Shown here piece by piece: positions 1-11,504 of a DNA stretch of 64,000 bases. Location: contig JAUFOQ010000006.1 of NCBI GenBank assembly GCA_040285855.1, positions 2,232,001-2,296,000 of the forward strand, read 5' to 3'. Both the position numbers and the translations under genes were made by a program. The notes beneath the pieces are model-generated. The model did not search any database. It saw only the letters and a program-made list of their open reading frames with translations, and was not told the origin of the DNA. The DNA comes from Eukaryota sp. GEM-RC1 (taxonomy: Eukaryota). Each line of letters begins with the position of its first letter. Within the stretch, counting starts at the first letter, position 1.

Positions 1-249
1 GAACAGCAGATTAAACATGGATTTGAACTCGTTTAAAAGACTTTCGATTTGTGTTGGAAGTCAATGCTACTGAAAACGTGTATTCCTGATCACAAATAGA
101 ATAATATGAGATCTAGATTCAATTGTATACAATTTAAACATACAGAGGTAATTCATTCCAGCTGTTTGTTATTAGTACTGTATGTCTATGGACTGTAAAG
201 AACAGTTTAATTCAAAAAATAGTTGTTGTATTTGGAAATTGCAGGACAA

Positions 250-360
250 ATATAGTCTCACTAGAGCACTTTTCAATATGAGTAAGACAAAATTAGTCTC
301 AGTGAGACTAATTTTGTACTGATACTAATTCTGCAGTGAGACTAAATGTTTCCTGAAGTG
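250..360. mobile_element. Right end of a Tc1/mariner(pogo)-type element with AGTCTCA/TGAGACT subterminal repeats
   Basis: Clustered TAGTCTCAGTGAGACTA-like motifs ending ...CCTGAAGTG|TA, like the MITE ends at 6322 and 30441; no left end seen. Confidence 0.5.
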
Positions 361-631
361 TAGCATGCTATCAACATCATACATGTTCAGATTAAACCCT
401 AATTACACTGGAAACAATATTGTATTCGATAGGTATTTGTCAATGTATGATGATCTCGTTACTCTCGTTAATACACCTTACTGATCTGGACTTGTACTGT
501 CAGTTTTATTTAAGGACTTGGGCTCGGTTAATTTATATGATAAAATGCATTTCCAGTAGAATCCTTAGGCCATGTCAGAAAACACGTGTGTTCAACCTTT
601 GTTTGTTATAATTAACTTTATATTTTATTTG

Positions 632-932
632 AAAATCTATATTCTAAGTTTTCATTTGTTCCATTTGCAATTTCTATTTTTGGTAATATTGGTCCAGCCG
701 GTTTAAAGTTTTTCAGTGATTTTAGTCTTTTATGTCGTTCTAATGGCAAGGTGTTTAATAGCGCTGTATGGATTAATCGAATTATGTTCGCTCTTTATAA
801 AAGCATTCTCAAGTTTTATGTTCCATTTATTCAATGTTGTATAGGGACAATTCTCGTGTTGATGTGGAGAATTTCACTTCTTTCATTTTCTGAATTAGTA
901 TGTGTTAATTTATTGTTGCAAATAAACTCTTA
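632..932 (+). mobile_element. 3' fragment of a CRE-like non-LTR retrotransposon
   Basis: Translates as FVPFAISIFGNIG...WINRIMFALYK (end of RLE region); close reverse-complement match to ~12016-12320; both end AATAAACTCTTA. Confidence 0.75.
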
Positions 933-1818
933 CAGTAAACTCTCTCTAATTGCAACCCCTGTAATTGAAAACTCTCTGAAATTGCAACAAAAACCCATGC
1001 CATTGAGTAAAACAATACCAAATTGAAAATTGAAACAATTGAAACAGTTTTTGAGACCTAATTGAAACATTGAAGTCAACTTTATGCTGTATTCTGGGTG
1101 TCGCATCTATAGCTAGCTGCCATATATTGATGTTAGTGTAGAAACAGAGGAAGACGTTGTTGTTTTTCATAAATCCTACAGTACTCTTCTGGTTTTTTCC
1201 ATCATCAACTTCAATATATCATACAAAGTACTGAACATCAACCAAAAGTCAAATACAAAAGCATGCTCGTCAATATTTTGAAGATGATCAAAATACAGAA
1301 ACTGTAACTGCAGAACCTTTCCGCAAAAAAAAGAACTGAATCATTTTTTGAGAATTTTCTCCTATTGTGTTCAAATACTAGTGCATTAGTTTAATGACTT
1401 CACTGCTCTAAATCAAGTGATGATAGATCTTCCAGTAGTGCGGGAAAAAATGAGGGAGCAACATTGGTTCATTTTTTTGTCACCCTTACGAAATATGAAC
1501 GAAACACTGTGTATGTACCATTGTATAATGAGTACTGTCGATATTATGTAAAAATCTTTTTTAAAAAGCGGGATGATTAATTTGAGTCAAGCTAATCACA
1601 TTTGTTTAAGTCCGAGCATTCATGGTAGTTGTTTTGTGGATCAGACTTGTTAATTTGCTCTTGTAGACTACTTAATAACATATTTGATGTTCTGGAATAA
1701 GTGTGGAGGTTGTATTTAGTTTAGGGTAGATTTATAGGAACTCTCTGTAATTGAAAACTCTCTGTAATTGAAACGAAACTCCATTCACCAAGTCGTTTCA
1801 ATTAGAGAGAGTTTACTG
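933..1818. mobile_element. Non-autonomous pogo/Tc1-mariner-type element (886 bp)
   Basis: 20-bp TIR CAGTAAACTCTCTCTAATTG...CAATTAGAGAGAGTTTACTG flanked by TA on both sides. Confidence 0.85.
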
Positions 1819-2368
1819 TACTACTTTTATATCCTTTATTTGTAATTTTAAATAATAGACGTTGTAGTTACAGAAAGATACACTCATCTTTTAAGACTCT
1901 AAGTTTGGTAAATCAGGAGTTGTGAATGGTTGTGCCAACTCAACGAAATCAAATTTGAAAATTTACAAATGCTATAATGACACCTACACAGTGTTTCTAC
2001 TATTCTAGATATGATTAATTTGAAAAACGAAAAGAAAAGTCTAGAAAACAGAAACTGTATTGAGACATATAACCATCTGAGTGACACGTGGCAACCAAAA
2101 CAATTGGAAGAATCTATATCACAATTTAAAGAAATAAACAAAAATGGAACGCATTGGTAGTTATGAAAATCAACTATTTAGACCACCGTGAAGCCGAAAA
2201 GATTGTTCTAGAACAGAAAAATGAACAAAATACTAAATCAAAATCTTTGGACGATGATCTAAAAACTTGAATTTCAATTATCGATCATTCTGCTTGTGAA
2301 TACATCAACCAAAAATACTGTTTTTTGGAAAATGATGTGGTGATACAAAGTTATCAGAAACAAAGAAA

Positions 2369-3415
2369 TCATGAAAAGGATACCGGACAATGTTCTTTTA
2401 ATTCATTAAAACCTTGTTGCAGGGCTCCCAATGAAGAACTAATCATAATCGACAGCTGATCCGCATTCAAAATTTTACGAATTTTTGAAATTATTGGAGA
2501 AAGACTTTTACAAACAGTCGCAACACGTGATAAATGTTGGTTCAATGTGCAAGGAGAACCGCTGCCTAAAAACAAACTAAAATATAAACAAAGGGAGAAG
2601 AAATGAATTCTTTCAGCTTCACTTTCATTTATCTTCTCTAATTTCCTAGAGAAAACAGATTCAACATCATCAACGGTCCTAATTCCATAGAGTTCTGAGA
2701 GACAAAACAAGGAAAAGAAATGAACCACATAAGTGCTTTGAGTTAAAAGAAAAGAAAAGAAAGAGAAAGGGTGGTCACGTAGAAATTCAACATTCAAATT
2801 AGTTTGAATTCGGTACATCAGTTCAATAGGACCATTCTCCTTAATAAAGTCGTCTTGCACGCAGAAAGGACACTGAGGGAGCACTACGGGAGAAGTAGAG
2901 TTGTAGAGAGAAGAATCAAAGAGAATAGCACACATGGATGAAAGTGAGGGAAGCAGAGACTCTTTGAAGGAGAAGAAGGCAAGAGATAGAGGAAACAACG
3001 GACGGAGAAGTTTAGTAGCATCAAGTGAAGAAATATGGGTTAGTACGTCAGAATTTATGACATGATCCATGACGAAATTCAAGTTGGATATAGCAAAGGG
3101 TTCCAGAAGCACTTTAGAGGCCCCTGGCTTAAGTGTGAGAGCACGAAATAAGCACTCTAAAGAAGTGACTGAAATGGATCGATTCAAAAGGGAAACACAT
3201 GAAGAATAGTTGAGAGTGGTGTTGATGAGGCAATTAAACAGTAGAGAATTTGAGGTTGTTTTATAGTAAAGTTGGCACTGAGAGAAAAGAGAATGCGTGT
3301 AGGTGTGATTGTCGATACAAAGAGGTAGTGTTGGTACTTCCAAAGAAGATGTTGGAGAAGCAACCCTGAGGTCTATGGTAGACTTACAGCGAGGAGGACT
3401 GGAGAGAAAAGCCAT
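2369..3415 (-). CDS. Hypothetical protein (348 aa, Leu/Ser/Phe-rich)
   Basis: Long ATG-initiated ORF divergent from RIO1, 20 nt apart; no motif recognised; 3' end uncertain. Confidence 0.65.
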   Translation of the reverse strand: MAFLSSPPRCKSTIDLRVASPTSSLEVPTLPLCIDNHTYTHSLFSQCQLYYKTTSNSLLFNCLINTTLNYSSCVSLLNRSISVTSLECLFRALTLKPGASKVLLEPFAISNLNFVMDHVINSDVLTHISSLDATKLLRPLFPLSLAFFSFKESLLPSLSSMCAILFDSSLYNSTSPVVLPQCPFCVQDDFIKENGPIELMYRIQTNLNVEFLRDHPFSFFSFLLTQSTYVVHFFSLFCLSELYGIRTVDDVESVFSRKLEKINESEAERIHFFSLCLYFSLFLGSGSPCTLNQHLSRVATVCKSLSPIISKIRKILNADQLSIMISSSLGALQQGFNELKEHCPVSFS

Positions 3416-3435
3416 TTTGTCAAAAATTCAGCTTC

Positions 3436-5041
3436 ATGTCAAATCCTATTGATGAAGTAGATGCGTTTATTGCTGCTGAAGGGATTTTTATCCATGAGTC
3501 AGACCCTACTCTTGATGATGGAACGTTCTGTCCCTATTGTCGCTTTCAGGTTGAGGCCTGTCAGTGTATCTCAAACCCAATGCCTTCCTCAGATGAGGAA
3601 GACTCCTTCAACACTCGTAAAGCTCCACATACTCTTACAACTCGCTCTTCTCAACATTCTTTCACCAAACCTTCAAGTAAGACAATCTCTGCCAACGACG
3701 ACTCAACTGACCTTTCTTCTCTGTCCTCTACTGTCGCAAACCCAGTCAAGGCAGCCATTAAGCGACATGAAGACAGTAGAATCAAAATCAAAGATATTGG
3801 ATCCCGTTCCACCACTGAACAAGTCCTTGACAGTAGAACAAGAATGATGTTGTTTAAACTCTTGGATAAAAACAAGCTGAGTAGTATCAATGGTGTAGTT
3901 TCTACCGGTAAGGAGGCCAACGTTTACCACGGAACTGCTCTAGTAAAGGTTGACCAAGTTGCCGAGGATGACCAGGACTCAACGGAAACAGTTAAGGAGA
4001 TGCAGGATGTTGCTGTTAAAGTGTTCAAAACATCCATTCTCAAGTTCAAAGATAGAGAAAAGTATGTAACAGGGGACTGGAGGTTCAGAAAAGGATATTC
4101 CAAGAAAAACTCTAGAAAGATGGTAACTCTGTGGGCTGAAAAGGAGTTTCGTAATCTATCACGTGTTCATAGATCAGGAATACCGTCACCAAGACCGTTG
4201 CATATTCACGATCACATCATCATTATGACCTTTATTGGTAAGAAAGGAATTGCTGCTCCAAGGTTGAAGGATGTTGCGGACCAGTTTGACGAAGAGAAAC
4301 TCTATGAGCTCTATTATTCTTCGGTCAAAATAGCACGTGATTTATGGACTAAGTGCAAGCTTGTTCATGGTGATTATAGTGAATATAATCTACTTGTTGA
4401 TAGATCAAAATCACTTGTAGTGATTGATGTCGGTCAATCTGTAGAGAATGACAACCCTTTGGCACTGGAATTTCTTAGATCTGACCTGAACAATGTAAAC
4501 AATTTCTTTAGAAAGTATGGTGTTCGAACAATATCCCTGAGAGCTCTATTCGACTTAATCAAAATTGATGATGACGTTCGTTTTGAGACGACCTACCAAT
4601 CACTGTTGAGTGAATACTCTACTATTTCTGATCTAGATCTTACTGCTTCTCAACGTGAGGATGCTGTTTTCCACAAGTCTTTCATTCCACAAACCTTGGA
4701 TGAAGTGCCGAATATGCTTAGAGATATCGACAATCTAAAAAGACATTAGAGGTAGTTTGATATATGGATCATTGCTGGGTGATGAAGTCGTTGAAAGTCA
4801 ATCAGAGTCAGAAGAAGAGTCTGAATGTTCGGGTAGTGAAGAGGAATCTTTGGAAGAAGAAACAACATCAGCAACCTCTTCAGATGAGAAGTCTTCAGTC
4901 CACCCAGATGGTTTATCTAGGAAGGAGAGGACTAAGTTGTTGAAGAAAGAACGGAGGGAAAAGAGAGAGACAACGAAAATACCGAAACACGTGAAGAAAC
5001 GTCATCATTCCCAATCAGTAAAGAAACGCAAAGGGAAGTAA
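3436..5041 (+). CDS. RIO1: RIO1 atypical Ser/Thr kinase, split by a frameshift near 4740
   Basis: Motifs STGKEANVYH, VKVFKTSILKFKDR, WAEKEFRNL, LVHGDYSEYN, IDVGQSVE; acidic and basic tail (KIPKHVKKR) in ORF 4757-5041 joins via the A5 run at 4737-4741. Confidence 0.95.
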
Positions 5042-5198
5042 TTGCTGGTTGATAGGTCAATAAACATGGAGTGTGAGTCAATTGTTTTGTTGTTTTGATT
5101 GTCGAAATTAGACTTGCGAATGTGGAATTCCACTTCCATTTCCACATAATATATAATATGGAACGAAATTTTGATAAAAAGACTAATAATAATAAAAG

Positions 5199-5332
5199 AC
5201 ATATTTGATGTTCTGGAATAAATATGGATGTTGTATTAAGGGTAACTTTATAGGAATTCTCTGTAATTGAAAACTCTCCGTAATTGAAACGAAACTCCAT
5301 TCACCGAGTCGTTTCAATTAGAGAGTTTACTG
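5199..5332. mobile_element. Solo right end of the 933-1818 element family
   Basis: Near copy of ~1678-1818, ending GAGAGTTTACTG|TA. Confidence 0.75.
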
Positions 5333-5725
5333 TACAATTGTAATTGTCTCCACAAATTGTTCTTGTAACTTCTCTTTCCATATCTGCTGTACTCAGAACC
5401 CATCAGTTTAAAAAAGAGTTTAACTAGATGTGTTTCAGATCAGGATCTGGAATAATTGAATTGCCAATACAATTATTTCAATACATCTGTATGAAACATT
5501 GATTGGATTGATTGAATTTAGAACATTGAAACCTTGATTGATATAATGTTCAAACGTTGCAACATTGGCCAATTATATTTTCCGATAGAATTATCATATT
5601 TCACGCAACACTACAAATCGCAATACCAATATGCAGCTTATGTAGATAGTTGTTTTAACATGTTCTTTATGAACAAAATAAATAACTAGTAAGATTTGGC
5701 TGTTCTACTACATGTAGTACTAGTA

Positions 5726-6322
5726 CAATGGTTTGTCTAATTAGTCTCACTGAGACTAATTTGCAAGGAAGTTTTCATCATCAATTTTAGAATTAGTCTC
5801 ACTGAGACTATTTATCTGATGAGACTAATTCAAAAGGTGAGACTAATTTCAAGACTACTTTACCTTTGCTTATTACTATTCATTGCGAAAAACTAATTGA
5901 TCATTGATAATATGATTCCCATAACAACACTCCGAATACTTTCCATTATGTTCTTCAAAAACAAGGTACATTTGAGTGATGTTCAATTGCTAAAACTGAG
6001 TCCACGTCTAACTACAGCTTATCTAGTCCGTAACACCATCAGAATTATACTTATCTTCGTCGGAAATACTAAACAGCAGGGTTGTGAGGTCGAGGGGTGC
6101 GTGCTTAAACGGAAACAGACCCTGAAAGCTATTGGTTATGACGAGACATGAGAGTAGTCCTCAAAGCTAGGACATAAAAAAAAAGTGTAGAAATATACAC
6201 AGAGTTTATTTGGATTATAGTCTCACTGACAAAATTTAAAGGTCAATGTTAGAATTAGTCTCACTGAGACTAAATTGCTGATGAGTCTAATTAGCTGATG
6301 AGACTAATTAGACAAACCAGTG
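5726..6322. mobile_element. MITE (Tc1/mariner-pogo type, TA TSD), ~600 bp
   Basis: TIR CA(A/C)TGGTTTGTCTAATTAGTCTCA; TA flanks; second copy at 29862-30441. Confidence 0.85.
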
Positions 6323-6518
6323 TAGTAGTGGTAATACTTGAAACATTGACCAATATCAACCATTGAAACATTGATTGGTTTCATTTGAAACATTGACATT
6401 GGCATTGGATAAATACCAATCATTGACATTGGCAATCAATTCAATTTTTCCAGGTCCTGGATTCTCATAGCCTTTTTTCAAAAAGAAAACCAATTCTTTC
6501 TCCACATTGTAGGATCCT

Positions 6519-7498
6519 ATGAAACGACGTTCAACAACCAAAGATGAACCTGTACTTAAGTCAGATAAAACTGAAGATGATACTTCTTCAACTACTATAT
6601 CCACCTCTTACGAAGAGTTCCGTCCTCTAATAGGAGCTCATGTAAGTGCAGCTGGAACCTATTCCAACAGCTTGAAAAATGCTATAGAAATCAATGCTAC
6701 TTGTTTTGCTCTCTTTGTCAAATCTCAACGTACTTGGCGTGCTCGAGACTTCAAACCATCAGAGATTAAAGAATTTAAAGAACTCGCCACTCTCCACAAC
6801 TTCCCTCCCACTTCTATTGTAGCTCACGGAACTTATTTAGTCAATTTAGCTTCAAGTGACGCGTCTCTGTTCACTAAATCTCTCGACGGTCTTCAGCTTG
6901 AACTCCAACGGTGCTCAGCCCTTGGAATAGGATACTTGAACATTCACCCGGGGTCTACGAAGGGTGACCAGACTCATCTAAAAGGTTGCATACAAGTAGC
7001 TAAAGCAATCACAACTGCTCTTGAAAACACTGATACCTTCTGTCGTGAATCCGATTGCTTAACCTCAATTCTCTTAGAAAACACCGTAGGTGCTGGAGAC
7101 ACGTTGGTGGTCCCTTTAAAGAACTTGCCACAATAATTGAACATATTCCTGAGTCCTTTAAGTCTAGAGTAGGGGTTTGTTTAGATACCGCTCATCTGTG
7201 GGGGTATGGTTATGATATTTCAACAAGTGAAAAGTTTACAACGATTCTCAATGAATTTGATGAACTTATTGGACTTTCTTTTTTAAAGGCAATTCATCTT
7301 AATGATTCAAAGGTAGAATTAGGTTCCAAACGTGATCGCCACGAAAATCTTTTTAAAGGAACCATTGGAAAGGAATGTTTTCATTTTATTATTAACAGTT
7401 CTATTTTTCATGATATTTTAATTATTTTAGAGACTCCTGGTGGTAATGAGATATGGGTAAATGAAATCGAAGAACTGCGAAGCATAAGAAATACTTAG
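6519..7498 (+). CDS. APN1: AP endonuclease IV family (Apn1/Nfo), frameshift near 7105
   Basis: IGAHVSAAG, HGTYLVNL, IHPGS, LLENT, RVGVCLDTAH, HLNDSK...DRHENL, ILETP; adding one G at TTGGTGGT joins the two ORFs. Confidence 0.93.
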
Positions 7499-9208
7499 TC
7501 TTTTGACACAAACTTGTAAAATTGATTGTTATTGGAGATTCCCTTAACTGGCTTTGACCCAGGCATTCTCATTACTTTTGGTCTTAGTATGAAGTAGTTC
7601 ACTTAACTACAGTTTTTCCAAATATCCTTTTTAAAAAATCTGGTTCGTGGCGATTGACACTGATCAATCTTGAACCATTGGTTGTTGTATCAATTATTTT
7701 TATTATTCCCCGAGTTATTAATCTTGTTTACAGTTTTTAATACAGTTCTTCGACCAATCAAAATCCAAATTCTCTGAGTCATGTTATAGCTCGACAACAT
7801 ATGTACGGGTATGACGAAACTTAATTTAACTAGAGAAATCTACCAAAAACACACTTTCAACTTGAAAGTTTCAACCTTGTATCTACTTCACTGTTCCTTT
7901 ATCCAGTATTCAGGGACATGAACCAGACCAAGACTGACTTAGTCTATGACTTGTTAGTCTATCTGGTATGTAACCCAAGCAGTGTTGCAGTACTCCATGT
8001 ACTGTGATACTACTGGGAATAGGACAATGCCGTTCTAAAAACGAACGGCGGACTGGGGAGGACTTTGCAAAAATTTTGGGATCCCCTAGTCCAGTCCATA
8101 TTAACTAAACAACTGTAAACACGTAGGTGTGTCAACACGTGTGGAAAAATCCGACGACGTGTGGAAGAGGGGGAGAAAAGAGGGAGAGGAGGAAGAGAGA
8201 TGTGGTAGGAAGGAGTATTAAGAGCAATCACAGTAGGCGTGGGAAAACGATTTTCGGATAGGGGAAAGTGATTTTCCAGAATAGGAAAGTCCGACCCTCA
8301 TTTTGTAGATCTTTAATCCAGGCCCATAATTTTCGCAGCATGAGTGCGATTGCGGAGCAATCGTCAATCATCAAGAACAATAAGGCCTGGATAAAGATTT
8401 ACAACCGAGCAGCAATCAGCAATCCTTGAGAAACTCCCCTTACGTGAAGTTTCAATTTTGATTGACCCCCATCAAATTAGATTGATTGTACCTATTACTG
8501 ATTGATTAAGCCCAACTAGGCAACTGGAGTGACCACACAGTTGCCTTTCTTTTAGTAATTTCTCAGGGAGTAGAGGGTTTTGAGTTTGAATTTTTAAAAA
8601 TTTGTGCTAATTTGAGGTGTGTGGACGTGTCAGTGGTGTGAATTATACACGTTGGAAAATTGTTGACATTGACTTTTGTCATGTGAGTTGTATGTACATT
8701 GACATTTCAGTATCAATTGTGTATAGTATTGTACTAACAGTGAGACGTCAATAGTATGTACATGTATAGTAGCTATCGACATGTCTATCAGTGCCAATGA
8801 TAACAATCACTAGACCAATCAAAATTGATTAGAGTGATTCACAACATACTTGGATCACTTTCACAATCATAATGTTAGTGATATAGATGAGATAGACATA
8901 GAGCTAAACATGTACCATAGTACTACATACATACATAGTATAGTAGTACAGTACTAAGTACCACTCAATCTGAGAAAGACTGAATCAAATGTAATTGATG
9001 GATGTGATTCTATTAGTCACAATTATAATCACTGTCACATGAATACTACACCAATATCAAATAGTCCTATAAGTACCAGTCACTATACTGATACATGACA
9101 CATACCTATACTACTGTACAACATCACTCACAATACTCATATTCACATCCAATCGAAAAAAACAGTACTACGTGAGTTTGACAAATTTTAAATAATGTCA
9201 AATATTTA

Positions 9209-10104
9209 TCAATGTGTAGTACCAATAGTTCTATAAGCCGTTTCACAAGTTGCCATTAATTTCTTTGCCTCTTCAACTGCAAAACGCAGTGCTACTTTCT
9301 TCTTTGTGTTTGGCATGGAGTTGTTTTTAGCAGCCCAATAATTCATAACATCTTCTACTATTGCTAGATTAATATTTGCCCCACCCAAGTTGGTAGAGCC
9401 ATCAGTCCCTATTACGGTAACATCATCACTGTTAATATCTACAATAGATACATCAAAAGTACCACCACCGAAATCAAACACGAGAACTCGCTTGCCCAGT
9501 GTTGAAGAATCTTCGTGTTTTAGAGATAGAGCAGCAGCAATTGGTTCGCTGATAAGTGTGATTTCCTCAAAACCTGCTAGTTCAGCAGCACTCTTCGTTG
9601 CTTGACGCTGATGGTCATTGAAATAAGCAGGTACAGTGATGACAGCCTTGGTGATGTTTTCCACCCCCAGTACTTTTTGGGCATTGTCTTTTATATAAGA
9701 CAAGACTTTGGCACTGATTTCTTCGGGTCTGTATGTTTGGTCATTCACTTTAATTCCAGTGCATCCTGCAGGATATATCAGTTCTACGATATTGAAAGGG
9801 TATGTTTTCTTCATTTGTTGAACATCTTCATCATTAAAGCGACTTCCAATGAAACGTTTGACTTCAAAGACAGTGTTTTCTGGATATTTTTTCATCGAAG
9901 CCAGAGCAGGGCTACCAACTACACATTTTGTTGGAGACCTGAAGGAAACGACCGATGGAACTAACAAGTTGTTTGATAAACAGTCGGGTAGAACTTCAGG
10001 GTTGTGCCATCCAAGACTGCCATCCGGGTTCCGTTTTGGCGATAAACAGCAGCACAAGAGTTTGTTGTTCCAAGATCGATCCCAAGGACAATGGATGAAG
10101 ACAT
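9209..10104 (-). pseudogene. hsp70: Truncated Hsp70-like gene (most of NBD only), frameshift near 10040
   Basis: MSSSIVLGIDLGTTNSC in one frame, then VITVPAYFND, EPIAAAL, DFGGGTFDVS; stops after VEEAKK, no SBD. Confidence 0.8.
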
Positions 10105-10251
10105 TTGAATTCCAATTTGACATGAACAGTACAGTATTATTGAAAGATGCAACATTACGTATACTAATATATTGCTACTACATGGTGGAAACTGATAAAA
10201 CAATGATAATGATGAAAACTATATCAGGCCCTCTCATAAGATAATTTAAAA

Positions 10252-11272
10252 CAGGGATGCCGAAAAATATATTGTACAGTAGTGCAATACATTGTATATT
10301 GCAATACATATCGTAGGTGTCCCAATACAAGCAAGGTTCCAATACAATCAAGGCCCCAATACAAGCAAGTAAAAGTGTTTGCTTGTATTCTTCTCATACA
10401 TTCATTCTGGCTGTCCAGCGAGTTGTACTTCTATACAAAGTTTATTAAGATGTATTACTCGATGGAGTTATTGTATTGTTTGACTTTTATAAATTCAGAA
10501 GGACAAAAGGGCGTATCAAAATCCAATTGGAAACAACAGGCAATAGCATCCCTGTCAATAGAACTTTGCTCATATACAGACAAATACATGTATTGTGTAT
10601 TTGTAGAACAAATTCATATACTGTTATTAAAGCATGTGGAATATTAATGTATTGTTTTATATTTTTGCTGCATTTATAATACAGTGTACAAGTAGCATTA
10701 CGAAATAGGGCATGTGGTCCTGTAATATATTGAAAACAAAGATGTCGTCACTGCACCGTATGACTAGGTCCTCGAGAAAGGAGAAGAAGTAATGTTAGTG
10801 TAATGACTCATCAGGACTCAATTGTATAATAAATTCACTTTACTCTCTAACATGGTACCTAAGACCAACAGAATTGTTTCACAAATGAATAATGATTTGG
10901 AGTTTAAACAGGTGCTCTGTTTTTGTATTGTAGTCTTTGTTTGTAGATTAAGCTCTCTTCATAAAAGGATTGACTTTGCTCTAAAATCTGTTTCATACAA
11001 CAATAACTCTTTCTGCTTAACATATAATCAATAATCACACTCAATTCACTTATTGGAACAAACAATGCTATCTGCCGCACGTCAATTTATTGACTCTGTA
11101 GAGTGTTGCAAATATTGCAATATATTGCAATATTTTTATTGCGACAATTGAAATTGGTGACAATATCAATATACTGTACTTGTAGTTATTGAAATATTCG
11201 CAAACCACAAAATATGTATTGCAATATTTAAAACGTACAATATATATTGCAATATATTTTTCGGCATCCCTG
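10252..11272. mobile_element. Non-autonomous hAT element (1021 bp)
   Basis: 23-bp TIR CAGGGATGCCGAAAAATATATTG; 8-bp TSD ATTTAAAA. Confidence 0.92.
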
Positions 11273-11504
11273 ATTTAAAATAATGTGAACATCCAAACGT
11301 GTCAAAAGAAAATGTGAAATAAATATAATTAAAACAAAATAAAACCTAAATGAAAACAACATATTTTATTAGTACATGTACATCTACTAAAGAGGAGCCC
11401 TGAACTAAATATCTTTATGACTGTTATTAATAATTACAGAATCGGGCCAGACATGTCCTTGGTTTACAAAATAGGGTCATTATAAAAACTTCTTACTCTA
11501 TAGG

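Noticed and set aside
1899..2368. Possible extension of the 348-aa ORF or a decayed plus-strand gene
   Set aside because: Stops in the candidate frames and no recognisable motif
4737..4760. Programmed +1 frameshift or micro-intron in RIO1
   Set aside because: No suitable GT-AG segment with a branch motif; a homopolymer indel is simpler given the error pattern elsewhere
5740..6310. Repeated palindrome TAGTCTCACTGAGACTA resembling a CRISPR array
   Set aside because: Irregular spacing, located inside TIR-bounded MITEs, no cas genes, eukaryotic context
8680..9170. TAGTA/TACAT-rich region suggesting a foldback element
   Set aside because: Low complexity; no alignable inverted arms or TSD found
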